From an uncultured Planctomycetia bacterium (lineage in GTDB: Bacteria > Omnitrophota > Gorgyraeia > Kaelpiales > Kaelpiaceae), in the NCBI GenBank assembly GCA_964487065.1, contig CAZAPE010000004.1, positions 1-31,901 on the forward strand: a stretch of DNA of 31,901 nt. The letters are read 5' to 3'. This document shows positions 28,175 to 31,901 of this stretch, piece by piece. How positions within the stretch are numbered: position 1 is the stretch's first letter; every line of letters begins with the position of its first letter. The notes under the pieces are model-generated. The model was not told where the DNA came from. It saw nothing but the letters and a program-made list of their open reading frames with translations, and did no database searches. A program made the position numbers and the translations under genes.

Positions 28175-29134
28175 ATGAATATAATAAGATTTTTGTTTAT
28201 ACTAAGCATTTTTGTTGCAGGATACTTTCTCGGTTTCCAGTTTTGGCAAACTAATATAGAAACGGCTGTTATACTGATAGCTATTTTTGCTGTTGTCATT
28301 TTATTGATTGAGTATTTAACTTCCAGATCAAGCAGTTTTTACCTTATTTCTTTTATTCTCGCGTTTTTAACGGCCGCTTTAGCGGCGCTTCTCATGAATC
28401 GGCTGGTTTCGCTTTTGAATATTAAATTTCCAGCAGAATCCGTCGTCGTATTTTCATTTTTGGGGTTTTTATATTTGAGTTTTGCTGCAACATTCAAGTT
28501 GATACAGACAAAATTTATAGCTTCTCCCAAAACAGGCAGAAGCGAGTTGATAGTCGTAGATACCTCTGCGATTATTGATGGGAGAATTGCAGATCTTTGC
28601 GCAACAAGGTTTATCTCGGCGCGCTTCCTTATACCCAAGTTTGTGCTAAAAGAGCTGCAGCAGATAGCAGATTCTCATGACCCTATAAAAAGAACAAGAG
28701 GCAGACGCGGTCTTGATGTATTGAACAAAATGAGGAAGTCTAAAATAGAGATTGTAATAGACGAGCATGATTTTGCGGAAATAAGAGAAGTTGACACCAA
28801 GCTTATTCAACTGGCAAAGTTTTACGGCGCATCTATTTTTACTACGGATTATAATCTAAACAAGGTTGCTGAATTGCAAGGGGTGGTTGTTTTAAATATA
28901 AATGACCTCGCTAACGCCCTGAAGCCTGTTTTTTTGCCGGGTGAGACAATGAAAATCAGGGTTGTTAAAGAGGGTAAAGAGGTTAATCAGGGTATAGGCT
29001 ATCTGGAAGATGGAACAATGGTTGTTGTTGAAGACGCAAGGCGTTCAATGGGCAATTTCCTCAATGTTGTTGTCACAAGCGTTTTGCAAACATCGGCAGG
29101 CAGAATAATTTTCACTAAAAAAACAAACCATTGA
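28175..29134 (+). CDS. Membrane-anchored PIN/TRAM domain protein (YacL-like)
   Basis: Several N-terminal TM helices, PIN domain ([18 protein letters not shown]), TRAM domain ([14 protein letters not shown]). Confidence 0.92.
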   Translation: MNIIRFLFILSIFVAGYFLGFQFWQTNIETAVILIAIFAVVILLIEYLTSRSSSFYLISFILAFLTAALAALLMNRLVSLLNIKFPAESVVVFSFLGFLYLSFAATFKLIQTKFIASPKTGRSELIVVDTSAIIDGRIADLCATRFISARFLIPKFVLKELQQIADSHDPIKRTRGRRGLDVLNKMRKSKIEIVIDEHDFAEIREVDTKLIQLAKFYGASIFTTDYNLNKVAELQGVVVLNINDLANALKPVFLPGETMKIRVVKEGKEVNQGIGYLEDGTMVVVEDARRSMGNFLNVVVTSVLQTSAGRIIFTKKTNH

Positions 29135-29135
29135 A

Positions 29136-29822
29136 ATGCGGATAACACTCATTCTTCTGGCTGCCGGCTTGGGCGGCAGATTAGGGAAAAATATTCCAAA
29201 GGCCCTTGTAAAATTGAATAAAAAATATCTTTTTCTTCATTCTTTGCGGCAGTTTAAGAAATTAAAAATTTTTAATCGCATAGTTCTTGTTGTTCCGTCT
29301 GGACACGAAAAGAAGTTTAAAGATATATTGAAAAAAGAAGGGCTAACCTCTTTAGTTAGAGTGATTAATGGCGGCGTAGAGAGGGTTGATTCCGTATTTA
29401 ATGCAATTTCCTCGATATGCGAATCAGACATAGTATTTATCCATGATTCTGCGCGCCCTTTTGTAGACAGAAAAATGGTTGATATTCTCTTAAAAGCTGT
29501 CAAGAAATACGGGGCAGTTGTTCCTGCTATTGCCATGCGCTCAACATTAAAGCTTTGCCGAAAAGGTTTTGTAGTAAATACTTTAGATAGAAGAGACATC
29601 TATGAAATACAGACACCTCAGGCATTCAAGATGGGAAACATAGCGGCAGCATTCAAAAACTATAAAAAAACAAAGGTAAAAAAAAGAATTTGGGATGACA
29701 GCTATCTCATAGAGTTAAATGCAAAAAAAGTAAAAATTGTTCCGGGGGATATTTTAAATATAAAAGTTACATATCCAAAAGATTTAAGGCTGGCAGAATT
29801 GATAACAAAACTATGCTTATAA
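29136..29822 (+). CDS. ispD: 2-C-methyl-D-erythritol 4-phosphate cytidylyltransferase
   Basis: LLAAGLGGR..PK, GGVER..SV, HDSARP, QTPQAF, NIKVTYPKDL. Confidence 0.92.
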   Translation: MRITLILLAAGLGGRLGKNIPKALVKLNKKYLFLHSLRQFKKLKIFNRIVLVVPSGHEKKFKDILKKEGLTSLVRVINGGVERVDSVFNAISSICESDIVFIHDSARPFVDRKMVDILLKAVKKYGAVVPAIAMRSTLKLCRKGFVVNTLDRRDIYEIQTPQAFKMGNIAAAFKNYKKTKVKKRIWDDSYLIELNAKKVKIVPGDILNIKVTYPKDLRLAELITKLCL

Positions 29823-30283
29823 GAACAGGATTTGGTTTCGATTCCCACTTATTTGTTAAAGGGAGGCCTTTATATTTAGGGGGTATAAAAATAAAAAGTA
29901 AAATAGGCCTAAAGGGTACTTCCGATGCAGATGTCGTGATACATAGCCTTTGCGACGCTATTTTAGGAGCGCTTTCTGAAAAAGATATAGGAGAGCATTT
30001 TCCCGATACAGATAATATAAATAATAAGCGCAGAAGTACTGATTTTTTGGTTTTTACCAAAGATATTCTTTTAGTCAGAGGATATAAAGTTAACAATATA
30101 GATATAACAGTAATTTTAGAAAAGCCGAATTTAAGTCCTTACAAGAGTTTGATAAAAAACAATATTGCTGAAATTCTCGGGATTCCTAAAGAGATAGTTT
30201 CGGTTAAAGCTAAACATCCCGAAGGAGCTTTTTCCAAAAAAGCTGCTGTTTGTTATGCATTGGCAACTTTATTTTCTGAATAA
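29813..30283 (+). CDS. ispF: 2-C-methyl-D-erythritol 2,4-cyclodiphosphate synthase
   Basis: GFGFDSH and SDADVVIHSLCDAILGA (Zn ligands D10/H12/H44), GEHFPDTD, SVKA; follows ispD. Confidence 0.9.
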   Translation: MLIRTGFGFDSHLFVKGRPLYLGGIKIKSKIGLKGTSDADVVIHSLCDAILGALSEKDIGEHFPDTDNINNKRRSTDFLVFTKDILLVRGYKVNNIDITVILEKPNLSPYKSLIKNNIAEILGIPKEIVSVKAKHPEGAFSKKAAVCYALATLFSE

Positions 30284-30310
30284 ATATATTAATTAAAATG
30301 GTTAATCTAA

Positions 30311-31714
30311 ATGCATAAAAAAAACGGCATCTTTTCGCGGTATGCATTATATATAATTTTTGTATTAATCTCCTGGTTTTTAAGCCTAAAAATCGGTTTG
30401 TCTAATACTCAAGCGCTGTCTCTATGTGTATTTTTTGCTTCGATATCAGGTACGCTTTTTTTCTGGGAATACCGTCTCAGCTTTGCTCTCTGGGGTTCGT
30501 CAGCATTAATATTGACGCATGTTATCAGCCTGGCTAATTTTGTCCGCTTTGCTTCGTTGGAAGTTATTCTGTTTCTTATAGGTATGATGATTATAACGGG
30601 CAATCTTAAGGAGTTGGGTTTCTTTGATTGGGTTTTAAGCAAGCTGCTAAAAGTGAAAAGACTTAGCGCAGAAAGGTTTTTGCTATTTTTGATATTTATT
30701 TCCGCAATTTCGGCCTGCTGTGTGGATGAAGTTTCTTCGATAATTTTTATGGTTATTCTTGTTATTACAGTTTGTGATTATTTTGAGGTAAATCCGGCCC
30801 CGTTTATCATAATATCTGTTTTAGCTACCAATGTCGGCTCTACTGGTACGGTGCTTGGGAATCCTATTGGAATATTAATTGCTTCAAAAGCCGGGCTTCA
30901 TTTTGAAAGTTTTATTATTCACTCCTTTCCTTTAATGCTTTTTCTCTCTATTATACTTTATTTAGTTTCGCGGGTAATATTTGCAAAACCTTTAAGAGAG
31001 TTACGTGAAAAAATTGAGCTATATGGGCCCAATGAGACATTATCTTATCTGATTAAGGTGCCTGCAGATAAAGATTTGCGTATCGGGATTACTATTTCTC
31101 TGATTACATTTCTAACGATAGCTTTACATAGACGATTAGAGATTATGCTTAACCTTGAGTTAAATACAGTACTTTTGATCACCCCTCTTATCTCATCCGG
31201 TATTCTTATGGCCTGGCGTAAAAAACATGCCAGAATTTATGTAGAGCAGGCAGTTGAATGGTGGACTATTATTTTTTTCCTCTTTCTATTCGCGCAGTCG
31301 GGGGTGCTGGAGCATACTGGCGTAACAAAGGTTTTCGCAAGCTGGTTTTCAACTCATATTGCAGGCAGCCGCACTATATTCATTGCCTTTACAATGCTAT
31401 TGAGTGCTATTGTTTCCAGCATGATGGATAATGTAATTCTGGTTGCTGCATTCATACCTATTTTAAAGGAGGTTTTAGCATTGAATCCCGAGTATTCCAA
31501 AGTTGCATGGTGGGTGCTTCTTTATGGCGCCTGTATAGGAGGAAACCTCACATTTATAGGTTCTACTGCAAATATAGTAGCCTTGGGAATGATAGAAAAA
31601 AGAAAGAATATATATATCGGTTTTATTCAATGGTTTATTCCGGGGCTGATTTCTACTGTAATACTACTTAGTATAAGTTTTGTAATTTTTAACTTTTTAC
31701 CCATATACAAATAG
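30311..31714 (+). CDS. ArsB/NhaD/SLC13 (ion transporter superfamily) permease
   Basis: Polytopic; repeat motifs VDEVSSI..ATNVGSTGTVLGNP and MDNV..GGNLTFIGSTANIV. Substrate unknown. Confidence 0.85.
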   Translation: MHKKNGIFSRYALYIIFVLISWFLSLKIGLSNTQALSLCVFFASISGTLFFWEYRLSFALWGSSALILTHVISLANFVRFASLEVILFLIGMMIITGNLKELGFFDWVLSKLLKVKRLSAERFLLFLIFISAISACCVDEVSSIIFMVILVITVCDYFEVNPAPFIIISVLATNVGSTGTVLGNPIGILIASKAGLHFESFIIHSFPLMLFLSIILYLVSRVIFAKPLRELREKIELYGPNETLSYLIKVPADKDLRIGITISLITFLTIALHRRLEIMLNLELNTVLLITPLISSGILMAWRKKHARIYVEQAVEWWTIIFFLFLFAQSGVLEHTGVTKVFASWFSTHIAGSRTIFIAFTMLLSAIVSSMMDNVILVAAFIPILKEVLALNPEYSKVAWWVLLYGACIGGNLTFIGSTANIVALGMIEKRKNIYIGFIQWFIPGLISTVILLSISFVIFNFLPIYK

Positions 31715-31742
31715 AGGTAGGAGTTATATACGCAATTTAAAT

Positions 31743-31770
31743 TTGACATTTTAATAACTTAAAGGATAAT
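31743..31770 (+). promoter_or_regulatory. Putative sigma70 promoter, probably leaderless cysE
   Basis: TTGACA (31743-48), 16 nt, GATAAT (31765-70), 7 nt, then ATG 31778. No SD sequence. Confidence 0.5.
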
Positions 31771-31777
31771 AAATAAA

Positions 31778-31901
31778 ATGTTTATGGTATTGATTATATT
31801 GGGATTAGTTCTTTTATGGATTCTGGCAGTTTCTTCCCTGTTTAAATCAGAGCTTGATGCAGCTATGGAAAGAGATCCTGCTGCAACGAATAGGTTTGAG
31901 A
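31778..31901 (+). CDS. cysE: Serine O-acetyltransferase, 5' part only (runs off the window; absent from the ORF track)
   Basis: Translates MFMVLIILGLVLLWILAVSSLFKSELDAAMERDPAATNRFE. RDPAA is the CysE N-terminal motif, and the position after ispD-ispF matches Bacillus-type synteny. Confidence 0.75.
   Translation, partial: MFMVLIILGLVLLWILAVSSLFKSELDAAMERDPAATNRFE

Noticed and set aside
29800-29830. Possible frameshifted IspD-IspF fusion
   Set aside because: A 10-nt stop/start overlap with a clean ATG and no slippery site; ordinary translational coupling explains it.
60-30642. Minus-strand ORFs from the track (60..266, 906..1220, 1954..2148, 4354..4587, 4996..5190, 7533..7718, 8394..8600, 8634..8837, 9497..9760, 10251..10448, 13334..13585, 16614..16796, 20575..20820, 20607..20822, 21265..21543, 22021..22221, 24659..24967, 27331..27636, 27967..28299, 28339..28638, 29237..29599, 29767..30096, 30409..30642)
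   Set aside because: All lie wholly or mostly antisense to well-supported genes and show no recognisable motifs, so they are shadow ORFs.
1-31901. Alternative genetic code, CRISPR array, tRNA/rRNA, transposase or prophage genes
   Set aside because: TAA, TAG and TGA all end conserved genes at the expected positions. I saw no regularly spaced repeats, cloverleafs or mobile-element proteins by eye; tRNAscan, Infernal and CRISPR tools were not run.

Overview
AT-rich, gene-dense chromosomal backbone from a diderm bacterium (murJ, lnt, lolC/E-lolD, mlaEFD). All genes are on the + strand except rpsT. The gene content and order suggest a PVC-related lineage such as Ca. Omnitrophota; this is inference only. 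Gene order: nitroreductase, DUF4126, U32, small membrane protein, YunC, <rpsT, murJ, uvrC, minimal O6-alkylguanine transferase, prfB (+1 frameshift), secA, lnt, ybjQ, ybjQ-TM, M48 protease, lysS, lolC/E, lolD, ilvE, mcsA, mcsB, clpC, AsmA/TamB-like unknown, mlaE, mlaF, mlaD, radA, PIN/TRAM, ispD, ispF, ArsB/NhaD transporter, cysE (partial). I saw no tRNA, rRNA, CRISPR array, transposase or integrase. Best leads: (1) a 557-aa AsmA/TamB-like protein coupled to an MlaEFD module with no MlaA/B/C nearby, inserted into the Bacillus-like clpC-radA-yacL-ispDF-cysE cluster; (2) a prfB frameshift site with UAA instead of UGA; (3) a 20/21-bp inverted repeat covering the nitroreductase RBS and start codon, which mirrors a start on the opposite strand; (4) a YbjQ/YbjQ-TM/M48 cassette; (5) a CysE with an N-terminal hydrophobic helix; (6) several small palindromic intergenic elements and probable leaderless transcripts. 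Protein calls come from motif recognition by eye, with no database searches.
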